Of a stretch of 64,000 bases of DNA, positions 52,547-64,000 are shown in pieces. Made by a program: the position numbers and the translations under genes. The stretch is from Felis catus (Eukaryota), in assembly GCF_018350175.1 (NCBI RefSeq), contig NC_058368.1, forward strand, positions 196,418,001 to 196,482,000, written 5' to 3'. The notes beneath the pieces were generated by a model. That model saw only the letters and a list, made by a program, of their open reading frames with translations. It searched no databases and was not told where the DNA came from. The stretch's first letter is position 1; each line of letters opens with the position of its first letter.

Positions 52547-54194
52547 GTGCGTGGGGCCGGGAGGGCCAGAGAGCCGGCAGACGTACGAGCTGCGGCAGGG
52601 CCCGGGCCTGATGGAGAGTAACGGGGTGCCCCCTTCTTGGGCTTCTTCCTTCCAATTGTACCATGGTCGCCCATGGGGCACCTGCTGGGAAGTGACCTCA
52701 GCTCATGAGACACGCTATGCAGATGGTCTCACAAGGTGATGGAGGAGAGGGTGTGTGTGGGAGGGGAGGCTCTCTGAGAAGGTGCCATTTTATTCGAGCT
52801 GAACTATGAATGATGGGGAGCAGGTGGCTGTGCGAAGCTGTGCCTCGGCAGAGGAAACAGCAGGTACGAAGCCATGAGGTGGGAACAGGACCTGAATGTT
52901 CCAGGAACAGAAGGAGGGCCCAAAGCGGCCCCACACCCTCAGACATGGATTTCCCACTCAGTGCCGGCCTGGTGCCAGGTGCTGGGCACACGCAGGAAGG
53001 GTGGGGAGCTGAGTGCTGGGGAGGTGGGCGTGGGCACACAGGAAGGCTCTCACTGTGGGGGTGACCGTGGTGTGGTGAAATTTCACTCCTTTCTCCCTTG
53101 CCCTGGCTAGGCTGATGGACTGGATTCTGGTTTCTGGAACGATTGGTGTGAGTAACAGGCTCGACACCTGGGCTTGAGACAGGAATCAGGTCCCTGCAAT
53201 GAGGGCCAGGGTAAGAGTGGTATGGTTGGCCCAAGGCCCTGGGGTTTTAAGGCCATGAAACCTGTTCAGGAAGTCACAGGACCCCACTATGTGGACAGAG
53301 GAAGTCCTTAGGTCTCTTTCCCCGCACTCCATCTGGCAGGGCCCTGGAGCCCTGGTGACCTTGGATGAGTCCCTTAGTGTCTCTGGACCTTGCGAAACTG
53401 GATTAGATCTTCTTCCAATGACAGCAATAGCCATGAACTTTAATTCAACACCTGCTCTACATGAGGCACTGTCCTGGCCGCTGGGGATGTCGCCTTTGGG
53501 GATTTGACATCTTTCCAGGAGAAACAGACTAGAGAGCAAATAACGTTTCAACTGGGATGAACAAGAAACCAAGCTGGAGAAAGCTGGATGTGTGTGGGGT
53601 GGGGTGAGGCAAATTCAGCTGACTGGTCACAGACGGCTTCTCTGAGCAAAAGATCTGAAGGAAGAGAGCGGCCACCCACTTGCAGCATTGAAGGGAAAGC
53701 TCCGGGAGGGCGGGCGAGTGTACAGTGTGTGAGGTGGGAAGGCCGGCGCGGCTGCAGGGTGGTGAGCACCAGGCGGCAGGCGCTCAGCGGTCAGTAATGG
53801 GCCCGGGCTTGTATCCCGAGAGTAGTGGGAAGCCGCCCGATACTGGCCCAGGACACAGACGTGACGCAATCTACATTCTTAAGAGCTCACTTGGGCTGCT
53901 GTGAGGCATCTGGGTTGTACAGGGGTCAAAGGGGGAGTGGGGGCCTTCCAAGTGGCTGTTGCAGGAATCCAAAGCAGAAAATGGGGTGACACTGGGGAGA
54001 GGTGAGGTGATGAAGGGAAGGGGCTTCAGAGAGTCTGTACAAAAGACAGGATTTGTTGTCTGGGGCCTCAAGGCTGACCCTCCACCCCCAGGATTTGGGA
54101 TGGGAGCATGGTGGGGGCCCCAGCCAGTAGCCTGGCCCTGAGCAGAGCAACGGCTCAGGCCTGGGTGTTCATGGGTCGCTTCCCTTGGCCTCAG

Positions 54195-54331
54195 ACATCT
54201 CCGGGCCTGCAACCTTGACGCTGGAGCCTGCAGAGCTGGTGCGGATTCAAGGAGAGGCTGCCCAGATCGTGTGCTCAGCCAGCAACATTGATGTTAACTT
54301 TGACGTCTCCCTCCGTCATGGAGACACCAAG
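54195..54331 (+). CDS. CSF1R: CSF1R exon 5 (D3 N-part)
   Basis: [30 protein letters not shown]...GDTK; 137 nt. Confidence 0.97.
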
Positions 54332-54981
54332 GTCAGTCCCTGGGGAGACAGCAGGGTGAAGTGTGCCCACCCTGCCAGCACACCAGGCCTGGCAGGACCG
54401 AGCCCAGCCTTGCTGGGAGCTGGCTCTCTAGCCTGAGGGCATGGGCCAGGCCCAGAGAGGGGAGTGCACCCGTTGCTCGTCAACAGCTGATTCAGGACCA
54501 GGATTCAGGCTCATGTCATTGAATCTTGTAGGTGAAGGGAGGTGGTACTCTACCCCCTTGACCCATGACCTTTGCGCCAGCCTGTTGACAAGAGTCAGAG
54601 GTCAGTTCATTTCTGACTTAGCAAGGGGTTCCTAGGCCACCTTGAAGCCCAGGAATATAAAGGTGAGAGGGAAGCAGAGGGAGCAAAAGGGAATGGTTTG
54701 GGGCTGCATCTAAGAGCCCCTTCCTGTCCCACTGTGCCTATGTTGTGCCAAGCACAACTCTACCCCCCATTTACGTGTAATAGTTCATTGTTCTTCACTA
54801 CAACCCTAGGAGCAGGGGCCAGTGTTAGTGCCATTTTACAGATGAAGAAACTAAGGTTCAGAGTTCAGTCCCTTGCCCAAGAAAAGGCAGATAGTAATCT
54901 TTAAAGGCTGAGGATTTGAACCTAGAGTTTTCTAATCCCTCAACAACCCTGGTATAGCATTTCCATTCCTTCTGGCTACAG

Positions 54982-55141
54982 CTCACAATCTCTCAACAAT
55001 CCGACTTCCATGATAACCGTTACCAAAAAGTCCTGACCCTCAACCTCGATCACGTGAGCTTCCAAGATGCTGGCAACTACTCCTGCACGGCCACCAACGC
55101 CTGGGGCAACCACTCCGCCTCCATGGTCTTCCGGGTGGTAG
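54982..55141 (+). CDS. CSF1R: CSF1R exon 6 (D3 C-part)
   Basis: [22 protein letters not shown]...DAGNYSC...FRVV; 160 nt. Confidence 0.97.
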
Positions 55142-56369
55142 GTGAGCACTAGGGTGATGGGGGAGGGTTGACGGGGATCCTGAGGTGAGGAGGCATATAA
55201 GGGGATTGGGAAGGAGGGGGCTGATGGTGGAGAATGAGGAGACGCTGTTAAGAACACCTGCGCTAGATTTCCCTTATCTTGGGCCTGGCTAGGGAGCCAC
55301 ACCTCTGGAGTCCTTCCCAGATCCTCCCCCAGAATCCCTCGCTTCCTCCCTGGAGCTCCTACAGTGCATTGCTGCATTTTGTTTTGTGATCGGTGTCCAG
55401 GAGGGACCTACTTTGCGGCTCACTCCCTCATTCATTCCTTCATGCCTGCAACACTCACGTCAGATGGACACAGGAGCAGACAATGCTCACCCAGTGTGAT
55501 CAGGCAGGAAGTACGGGGTGTCCTGGGAACACCAAGGGGGTCCCCCAATCCTGGCTCGGACAGTGTGGCCTAAGCTAGGCCCAAAAGAATGGAGGTAGGT
55601 TAGCTAGGTAGAAGGGTGGGAAAGGAAGAGGAACCACACCGCGTATGTCAGGCCCAAAGGTAAAGGGAGCGGAGGGCATTTCAGGCATCAAAAGAAGGTG
55701 ACAATGGCAGGGATGTGGAGGCGTGTGACAAGTGGCCAAGGAGGCGCAGAGATGGAGGCGGTATCCAGCCAGTAAAATGGGCGGGTAGTTTGCGTCATAT
55801 CCGGTTGGAAGTCATTGAGAGCTTTAGAGGAGAATGGCGGGATCAGGCTGCGTGGTGGGGTGCCTGGTGGCGGCCGGGAGCCCACACTCCCAGGCAGCAC
55901 TCCAAGCTGACCCTGCTGACGACCAGCAGCTTGCTCCACTGCAAAATGGGATACTAACGGTATGAGCAGGAACTGTCTCAGAGGTTTGTTGTGAGAATTA
56001 AGTGAATCTGTATATATACCCTGGCACAGGGTAAATGCTGCCTAAGTGTGCACAGGAGATGTTATCTGAGAAGGCCAGTCTGACGCCTTGTGCACTGGAT
56101 GGGAGATCAGAGGCTGGAGAAGCAAAGGTCAAGACAGGCTGAGTCATTTGGGTCTGGCCATGACTCGTGTATTAAACGAGGGGTGGAGGGGAGAGAAACA
56201 TGACAGTCACCACCATGATGGCACCTGCACTGGGCTAGATGCACAGTAGACGCGACCTCTGCTGTGGGCCCCACTCTGTGCTGGGAGCTGTGGGGGGTAA
56301 AGGAGGAGAGGAGCCCAAAGAATTGTTCCCCAGTTAAGAGTTCTAATCCTATGTGTTTTCTAGTGCATG

Positions 56370-57230
56370 TCTATAGTAGTCACTCAATAAACGTTTGTGT
56401 CCATGAACACTTCTGGTCAGACGGTGTTCTGGATGCTGAGGATACAGCTGCAAAGACACGGAGACCCCTGCCCACATGAAGTTTGTGCTTTAGTTGGGAA
56501 AAGACAGCAATGAGCAAAACAAATCCTGAAAACCAAATCACTTCTATAGGGTTGCTGTTTAAAATCGGGTGGTCACCCCCTCTCTCTCTGCCCCTCCCCC
56601 ACTCATGCTCTCTCAAAAATGAATAAATGTGAAAAATAATAATAAAAAAAAGGGCACCTGGGCGGCTCAGGCGGTTAAGTGTCTGGCTTCGGCTCAGGTC
56701 ATGATCTCACAGTTTGTGGGTTTGAGCCCCGTGTCGGGCTCTGTGCTGACAGCTCGGAGCCTGGAGACTGCTTCAGATTCTGTCTCTCCCTCTGTCTCTT
56801 CCTCTCCCCCACTCATGCTCTATCTCTGTCTCTCAAAAATGAATAAACGTTAAAAAAGAATTTTAAATCGGGTAGTCATCAAGGAAGGTCTCACTGGGAA
56901 GCTGACACTTGAGCAATGACTTGAAGTTGGGGAAGGGGTAAGCCAGGCAGATATCCTGCAGAACAGAGCTCCGGGCAGACGGCAAGCACTGTCCTTAAGA
57001 CAGGACTGTGCTCACCACGCGCAAGGCACAGGTCAGCCGGTGTGGCTGGCGCAGAGTTCGGGAGGAAGAGTGGCACAAGGTGAAGTCAAAGAGGGAGGGG
57101 GCAAGGTGGCAGATTCCACAGGGCTCGGCTCGGTAAGCCAGTGTAAGGACTTGGGCTTTTCCCCTTGAGAAAGATGGGGTGCCCATTGGTGGGTTTGAGT
57201 AAAGGGAGAAGACGAAAGCCTCACCCAGGA
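56370..57230. mobile_element. L2 fragments hosting a SINE insertion (CSF1R intron 6)
   Basis: cactcaataaacgtttg, gatgctgaggatacagc, aggaaggtctcactg...acttgagcaatgacttgaag are L2-like. Confidence 0.6.
56576..56862 (+). mobile_element. CAN-SINE 3' fragment plus full-length CAN-SINE (56652-56862)
   Basis: Both lie between one TSD pair aaatcgggt(g/a)gtca at 56562 and 56865. Confidence 0.9.
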
Positions 57231-57563
57231 AGCTCACAGATTAGTTGGACAGAAAAGATGACCAGCCGAAGGGAGAAGCAGATGCGCAAAGTAGTGTTGA
57301 TGTGGTACGTCATGAATGTGTCGTCTAGAAGGGTGGCAGGAGTCCAGAGGAGGGAGAGCTCCCTGTGGCCTGGAGTGGTGGGTGGAGACCCCCTGATGGG
57401 GAGGAGCCTTGAAGGATGAGAAGGATCTAAATAGAAAAAAGGAAGAGGACAGTGTTCCTGGTGGAGAAAGTGGCTTGAACAAAACCTCCAAGCTTGGCTG
57501 GAATGACTGTGGTGTGGTGTGTTCATGGGATGTTAGGAGACCCAGATGGGTGGGGTGGAGCAT

Positions 57564-57606
<43 letters not shown>
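57564..57606. repeat. (TG)n microsatellite
   Basis: About 21 units with one interruption. Confidence 0.95.
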
Positions 57607-57608
<2 letters not shown>

Positions 57609-57959
57609 GAAGAGGGGAGACAGCTAGATGGGCCTGAGGAGGAGAATTGATTGAAGAGAGCCTTAAACGCATATCTGTATAGTGGAGGTGATGGGGACCC
57701 ACAGGGGCTTTGGAACAGGTACATCACAGGGTGGAAGAGTGAATATTAGATTTCACGGAGCTGAGTAAGGAGAGGAGCCCCTGTATATCATCTAGTCCAG
57801 AGCTTTTTGCAAAGTCTTGGGGGATTTAAGAAAGCATTTCAGGGGCTTCCATTAGAGGCATGGGGAAGCTGAGTACATGGGGATTCTTGCCATAGCTCCT
57901 CTGCCTGAGATTCAACCACGGCAACTTGATTTTAATTCACGCAAGATTTAATTAGAAGA

Positions 57960-58390
57960 AACAAGTCAGGACTCTTTCAGGCACAGGTAACAGAAACTAA
58001 CTTAAGCAGGCCTAATCACAGGGGGATTTTCATCAGCCTTATAGCTAAAAAGCCCATGGATATGAGCTTCGGGTAAATTGGGTCTAGTTGCTTCTAGTTG
58101 TTTCTCAACTCTCAGCTGTACATTTTTCTTGTGGGACCCCTAGCAGCATCAGGCTTGACAACCCGAGTGGAATTAGGGCTTCTCCTTTCTCAGAGCTCCA
58201 ACAAAAATCATGGAAATAAGTGTCATGGACCCATGGGCACAAGTGCCTACCCCAAACCACTCACTGGTATAAAGGGGGCATCACCTTGACTGGCTGGCCT
58301 GAGTCACATGCCCGCTTAGAGCTGGATGTGGAAGCCTCGCTGCCTGAACTATTACCGGGAGAAGGGGAAATAGGTGAGGGCATCTGAAAA
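57960..58390. mobile_element. Probable old ERVL solo LTR (LTR33-like)
   Basis: agtcaggactctttcag...gtaacagaaac...cttaagc resembles the recalled LTR33 end; family uncertain. Confidence 0.45.
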
Positions 58391-58751
58391 AAACAGCAGA
58401 TTTTTATGTTTTTGCTACTGAAAAAGTTTCAAAAAGTTACAACAACACAAATACACTCAATCTCTTTGTTATACAGATAAGGAGGCAGAGGTAGCAAGGA
58501 GAATCGAAATTTGTCCAGGTTCTCCCAGGGACTCAGTGAAGAGAAGAGTTTGGGCTTCTATGGGGCAGTGGTAAGAAGGAAGATGTCAGAGGGAAAGTTT
58601 TGGTTAGAGGTGGGGGCTGTGTGCCTGGCACATAGTAGGCACTCAGGAAGGGTCCAGCTGAATGGCTGAATGAATGGGTAGATCACCAGTGAACAAACCA
58701 ACTGAGACATCTTCCCACTAATGCCAGATCTTTATGTGTTACGCTTTCCAG

Positions 58752-58938
58752 AGAGTGCCTACTTGAACTTGACCTCTGAGCAGAGTCTCCTCCAGGAGGT
58801 GACTGTGGGTGAGAAGGTTGATCTCCAAGTCAAGGTGGAGGCCTACCCAGGCCTAGAAAGTTTTAACTGGACCTATCTGGGACCCTTCTCTGACTACCAG
58901 GACAAGCTCGATTTTGTCACCATCAAGGACACATACAG
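58752..58938 (+). CDS. CSF1R: CSF1R exon 7 (D4 N-part)
   Basis: [11 protein letters not shown]...VEAYPGL...KDTYR; 187 nt. Confidence 0.97.
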
Positions 58939-61258
58939 GTACCACCTATCAGCTCCCATCTGGAGAGCCCCACATCCAGAAGGGGAATGCTTCCGCCAGG
59001 AGGCAGGACACTGACTGGGTCACGTCTCAACCTTGCTGGTGACCTTGAGTAAACCCCTTCCCCTTTCTCTGTCTCACTTTCCCTGATCTTAGAACCTCGA
59101 TATCAATCATCTGTGTTTGAGATTGAAATCAAATTGGCTTGCCCCTCTGTCCCACATCCTTGGGAGATCCAATGCCCTCCTCAAGAGCTCTACCATTTCT
59201 TGGGGGTGTGCACTCTCCTGCTCACTCAAGAACTCTTAATCTCATTCTCTTCTTTTGCGGCCGATCCCAATACAGAAGACCACTGCTCCGTGATTTCTAC
59301 TAAACACACTCGTAATAAGGACTGCACAGGGACTCTGCCACATACATGGGTTTGGGGGGTAGAGAGAATTCACATCACATGATCACGTATACATCAAAAG
59401 TTCTTGAAAGGCCTGTGGTGGCCCGCTTCTGAGAATTTCTCACTAGCTATTCTTGTCCACAGGCTCAAAACTCTTCTCACAAAGTGCCATCTCACTGTAT
59501 CTCCTCTTTTCTCCCACCTCTCCACTTCCAGACTCTTGCTTCTCCCGCAAACACAACATGTTAGAAGTCCCTTTTTCCTGTCTCCTTACGTCCTCAGGGT
59601 GTTACTTTCCCATCCAAAGTGGCCTCACCAGCGTAGACTTCTACACAAGAGAGTCTCCTCCACGGGAGAAACACCATGGCACGTGTTAAAACGATAGTTG
59701 CTTCACCCGCTTCTATTTGAACGAGAGTCCAGCATTCAAGGACAGCAAGCGTGCGCTGTGCGTGCAACCGCTTCCCCTCCCACACTCTTGATAGATATCT
59801 CTAATTCTAATCCATTTTTGAACTCTTTCCCTCAGGGTCCAAATGCAGCCTCGGAGTCCTTCTTGACACAGTCCCAAACAGTATTTTCATTATAACTGAC
59901 TCAGGCAAGGAAATGTTTTTACCATCCCCTGGGGCAGATAATCCTTCAGCCGTCTTCCAACTCCAGAACTCTCTGGGGTTCTCTTTCTAGCTGCTGAAGC
60001 CCAGACCTCATTAAATCCTGGACTCCTGCTTTCCAGTTGTCAGAATCAGCACAGAACGAAATGTTCAACAGAACAAAAATGTTTCCTTGTCCTCATTTTT
60101 CTCTTCTCAGTTTCCTTCTCACCCATTCTGGTCAGGATTTCGAGCCTCCCCTTGTCTAAAGCAGAAGTTCTGAATCTGGAACCTATAGACCCCTGGGAGG
60201 GGGACAGTCCAGGGACAGGTGAAACATTGGTCCATAAGCAACAGGGACATTGTGGAAAGAAACCATGGAGCTCCCCCAAAACGCAGTAGCGTGGGGCCAT
60301 CCAGCACAGGGCAGATAACCCGGGGCACCAAACAGCCACCAAACTTAGCTCATGTGATGGATGTGTTCATAACGGTGACTTTGAGTCCGGCAAAAAGAAG
60401 TTAAATTCTTTCAGCTTACCAAGCAGATGAGTGCAGGGGTTCTGGACACCAAAGTTCTGGCTGGAAGAGATTGCCCTTTGCATACCATGGGTTTTAGTCT
60501 AGTAGGATTTATAATTAGATGCTATAATGTATTTTTAAACAACTTATTTATTACCTAAATTATGCACGTCCGTTACGGACAAATGCCAAAATAGGGCTTA
60601 AGAAAAGAAAAAAACAAAAAATTACCTGGAATCAGCTGAGGATAACTGACATTTTTCTCATTTGCTTCCAGGTCTTTTCTGCAGCAAAAGGCACCATTAA
60701 ACTGCATACCTACAATGAGTCGGGCTCTGTGTCAAGCACCCTGAATATATGTCCCTTTAATCCTCAGGCCAAATCTGTGCATTAATTACCATCAGTGTTG
60801 CCCTCACAGAAAAGGAGACAGAGGGTCAGAGAGGGCGAGTACTTGTCTAAGATCACACAGCTAAGAAATGATAGCCCCAGGACTTGAGCCCTGGTTGCTG
60901 TAGCCCCATGGCTACATCCTGCCTCTCGTCCCTCTCATGGTCCCTCCTGGCAGGGCTGGTGCTTTAGAGATAGCAGCTAATGTGCCTTCCAGGGTCGGCA
61001 CCTCACAGACATCATTTCTACTAAACCTCAGAACAAAACCACTTCATAAACGAGAGAAGAAATTAAGGGAATTGGATTGGTTTTCCCATGTCTCAATGGC
61101 ACTCAGCCTGGGGACCTGGCTTAGCCAAGGCCTTTGTGCCCTGGACGCTTTACCAAAAATAAAACAAAGCCCTTTAGGGAGGTTGTCTGAGCCCACTGTC
61201 CTGCAGGGGCCATACCAGGACTGGGGTTCACGCCAGACGGCCTGCCCCTTTCGTGCAG

Positions 61259-61374
61259 GTACACCTCGACCCTCTCCCTGCCTCGCCTGAAGCGCTCGGA
61301 GGCCGGTCGCTACTCCTTCTTGGCCCGAAACGCTGGAGGCCAGAATGCCCTGACCTTTGAGCTCACCCTGCGAT
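61259..61374 (+). CDS. CSF1R: CSF1R exon 8 (D4 C-part)
   Basis: [24 protein letters not shown]...FELTLR; 116 nt. Confidence 0.97.
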
Positions 61375-61527
61375 GTGAGTGATGGAGCGAGGGCTGGGCA
61401 CTAAGGTCCCTGGGGCTTGCAGGTGGGGGTGATGGAGGGATAGCAGCTCAGTGCAGGGTGGTCACACAGGGGAGTTGGGGCCTCTGGGGCTGATCCCTCC
61501 CTCTACCGCTCCTCTCTTTCTCCTCAG

Positions 61528-61648
61528 ACCCCCCGGAGGTAAGGGTCACGATGACCCTCATCAATGGCTCTGACACCCTGCTCTGTGAAGCCTCCGGGTA
61601 CCCCCAGCCCAGTGTGACGTGGGTGCAGTGCAGGAGCCACACCGATAG
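61528..61648 (+). CDS. CSF1R: CSF1R exon 9 (D5 N-part)
   Basis: [28 protein letters not shown]...HTDR; 121 nt. Confidence 0.97.
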
Positions 61649-61741
61649 GTAAGTGGCTCTGCTTACCTTCTTCACCCCGGGCTGCGGAGCCAAGGGGGGC
61701 TGGGCATCCCAAAGCTCTAAGCCACACTCTGCTCTTCCCAG

Positions 61742-61929
61742 GTGTGATGAGTCTGCAGGGCTCGTCCTAGAGGACTCACACTCTGAGGTCCTGAGCCAAG
61801 TGCCCTTCCACGAGGTGATCGTCCATAGCCTGCTGGCCATCGGGACCTTGGAACACAACAGGACATATGAGTGTAGAGCCTTCAACAGCGTGGGGAACAG
61901 CTCCCAGACCTTCTGGCCCATCTCTATAG
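61742..61929 (+). CDS. CSF1R: CSF1R exon 10 (D5 C-part)
   Basis: [12 protein letters not shown]...[13 protein letters not shown]...PISI; 188 nt; preceded by a 93-nt intron. Confidence 0.97.
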
Positions 61930-63263
61930 GTGAGCCTTTGCCCCTCCCAGCCCATGGTGGGAGGCGGGCTCGGGAAACTGCCCCAGCCCCCTGGAGGCCA
62001 GGGCCAGAGTGCCAGAGTGGAGCAGATCCCAGCCCCATCGTGTTCCACCTCTTGGGGTCTGATTCCAGGCGCCTCCTGACCAAAGGTCTCCTGAAGAGGC
62101 CAGGTGGAGGAGTCTGGACCGCATGGGACTAGACACAGGGAGGAGAAGGGCAAAGGGCAGCAAGCTGTGAGGCCCAGAAAGAAAGCAGCCTGGAGCGTGG
62201 CCTCGTCTGGCCCCTCCGCTCATCTTCCTGCGCTTTAACTCACTCACCAATTCACAAGTGTGGATATTTGGCATCTGCTATGTGCCCAGCACTCACTCGG
62301 GTGAGCAGTGCCTCCATGGGGCTTAGAGCCTGGTGACAGAGACAGGCAACAAGTGAACACAGTCCATCCCCACCCCAGGGCCAGCCTTGACAGCCTTCTC
62401 CATCCCTCTTGGACTCTTCCCTCCAGAGACACAAGCCCCGTCCATTCAGGGCCGCTGTCGGAGGGTGGGGCTGATGGCCAGCACTGGGCGCTGACGCAGG
62501 CTGTGTCCGTTTAGAGGAAGGGGTGCCTTTCTCTGTGTCGCACAAAGGCTCCAGGTCTGGGTCTGAGAGGCCCAGAGCCGTAGAGACCCACAGCACCTTC
62601 CGACTTCCAACAGCCAGGTTTCAGCACCACTGTGTGGCAAGCCCCGGCGAGACCCTCTGGGCAGACAGACAGAGTGGGAGCCTCGGACTGGCTCAGAGGT
62701 GGCCCCTCAGGTGCCTTGGGGCAGCTGCGACCAGGGCCAGATTCCACGTGCAGCTGCCCATGGCTGCTCTGTCTCACTGCTGGTCGTCATGTATTAAAAA
62801 GACCATACTGACATTTCACTGCATGCTTACCCTGTGCCAGGCATTGTGCTAAGCACCTTACAGTCATTATCTCAGCGAGCTCACATGACCCCAGGAGGTT
62901 GGCACTATTTTCCTTCCCGCTTGGGAGATGATGAACCTGAGGCTTAGGGAGAAGTCACATACGTTCAATGTCACACACCTCCTAAGTGGCAGAGGTGAGA
63001 TCTGGCCTCAGAACCACGCTGGTGTTGATGTGGAAAATGGAAGTTACGTCCTTCAAACGCATTGAAAGAACTAAGGTTATTGGTCTGGGAAGAAGAGAGC
63101 CAGTGGCCATGAGCCAGGCTTTCAGACCCTTAGAAGGGCCGTGTGGTTCCAAAGGGCCCTCGAGGAAGCAGCAGGGAAATGCTGGGAAGGCAGAGTCCAG
63201 TCTAACCTCCAGGTCTGTCTGTCTGAGCTGCCCAAAGGCGTAGGAGCTGAACACCCATCACTA

Positions 63264-63322
63264 GTGTGTGTGTGTGTGTGTGTGTGTGCGCACGCGCGCG
63301 CGCACGCACACGCGCGCGCACG
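63264..63322. repeat. Compound (GT)n/(GC)n/(AC)n alternating purine-pyrimidine tract
   Basis: 59 bp of uninterrupted RY alternation. Confidence 0.95.
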
Positions 63323-63681
63323 GGTGCGTGGAAGCCACAGCCGGTACTAAGCCAGCTTGCTGCAGAGGCTCCTTGCACTGGCAGGAGTGGGTACTGCACG
63401 ACCTGAGGGGTTCCCCAGCCACAGACGCTGTGACTTCGGGCAGGGTTTGGGGCGAGGCATGAGCAGAACTGGAGAGGCCGTCCTCCCCGCCCCTGGCTGG
63501 GGGCGGGTCTCCAGGAAGGCTTTGCGAGGGTCTGGGGCTTCTGGGGGAGAAGACTGTTCAGTCAACAGGCATTTACTGAGCACTTCCTGTGCTCCAGGCA
63601 GTGCAGTGGCCTGCTCTCAGTGGTGGCGGAGGGTCCTGAAGGCCCCCTCGGCCGGCTCCCTCCTCTGCTCTCCCTTTCCAG

Positions 63682-63797
63682 GAGCCCACACGCAGCTCCC
63701 CGACGAGCTCCTCTTCACGCCCGTGCTGCTCACTTGCATGTCCATCATGGCCTTGTTGCTGCTGCTGCTCTTGCTGCTTTTGTACAAGTATAAGCAG
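63682..63797 (+). CDS. CSF1R: CSF1R exon 11 (transmembrane helix)
   Basis: [39 protein letters not shown]; 116 nt; donor gtgagc. Confidence 0.97.
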
Positions 63798-64000
63798 GTG
63801 AGCCTGGGCAGGGTGGCGGGGTGGGGAGCCAGGCGCCTGGTGGCCTGGGGGAGTGTCACCGGGTTGCGAGGACCTAGCCTTTAGCCCCCGCACACCCAGT
63901 CGTTCTGTCACCCATTCAGCCAGCCGCTCTTCAGCGGGCGCCAACTGTATGCGAACGTGAGTGGCTGGGTGCCAAGTGAGCCCAAACTCAGAGCCTCTGA

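Larger units (their letters stand above)
47659..64000 (+). other. CSF1R: CSF1R (c-fms) gene, 5' part; kinase exons lie beyond the window
   Basis: 10 coding exons splice to 1617 nt (539 codons): signal peptide, 5 Ig domains, TM helix ending YKYKQ. Confidence 0.98.

Noticed and set aside
59100..60420. Unannotated exon or ncRNA in CSF1R intron 7
   Set aside because: No recognisable ORF, splice-bounded frame or RNA motif; probably unique intron or old repeat, unresolved without a database search.
47400..64000. Integrated feline sarcoma virus (v-fms)
   Set aside because: The gene has introns, wild-type L301/A374, and no gag or FeLV LTR.

Overview
Eukaryotic (mammalian, carnivore) genomic DNA, most likely domestic cat or a close felid. 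The evidence is the carnivore tRNA-derived CAN-SINEs and a CSF1R protein that matches my recollection of feline c-fms/v-fms. The window holds the tandem type III receptor tyrosine kinase pair PDGFRB-CSF1R, both on the + strand. PDGFRB: part of intron 1, all 22 coding exons (5671-25822, 3291 nt spliced, 1096 aa from the first AUG) and the 3'UTR to about 27660. CSF1R: a candidate distal non-coding exon (about 28141-28259), a roughly 19 kb repeat-rich interval, the purine-rich macrophage promoter (about 47430-47560), the FIRE enhancer (about 50390-50720) and the first 10 coding exons through the transmembrane exon (47659-63797). The CSF1R kinase exons lie beyond the window. All coding introns are GT-AG and both spliced frames are uninterrupted. 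I found no convincing wholly new biological system. The best leads are: ACG replacing the ancestral PDGFRB start AUG; a stop-free in-frame CSF1R leader with an extra upstream AUG; a GC donor at the distal CSF1R exon; a promoter-like motif cluster in PDGFRB intron 6; and intronic polyadenylation options that could give soluble receptors. Exon numbering follows the human convention. All comparisons to human, mouse, dog and v-fms sequences are from memory and need alignment to confirm.
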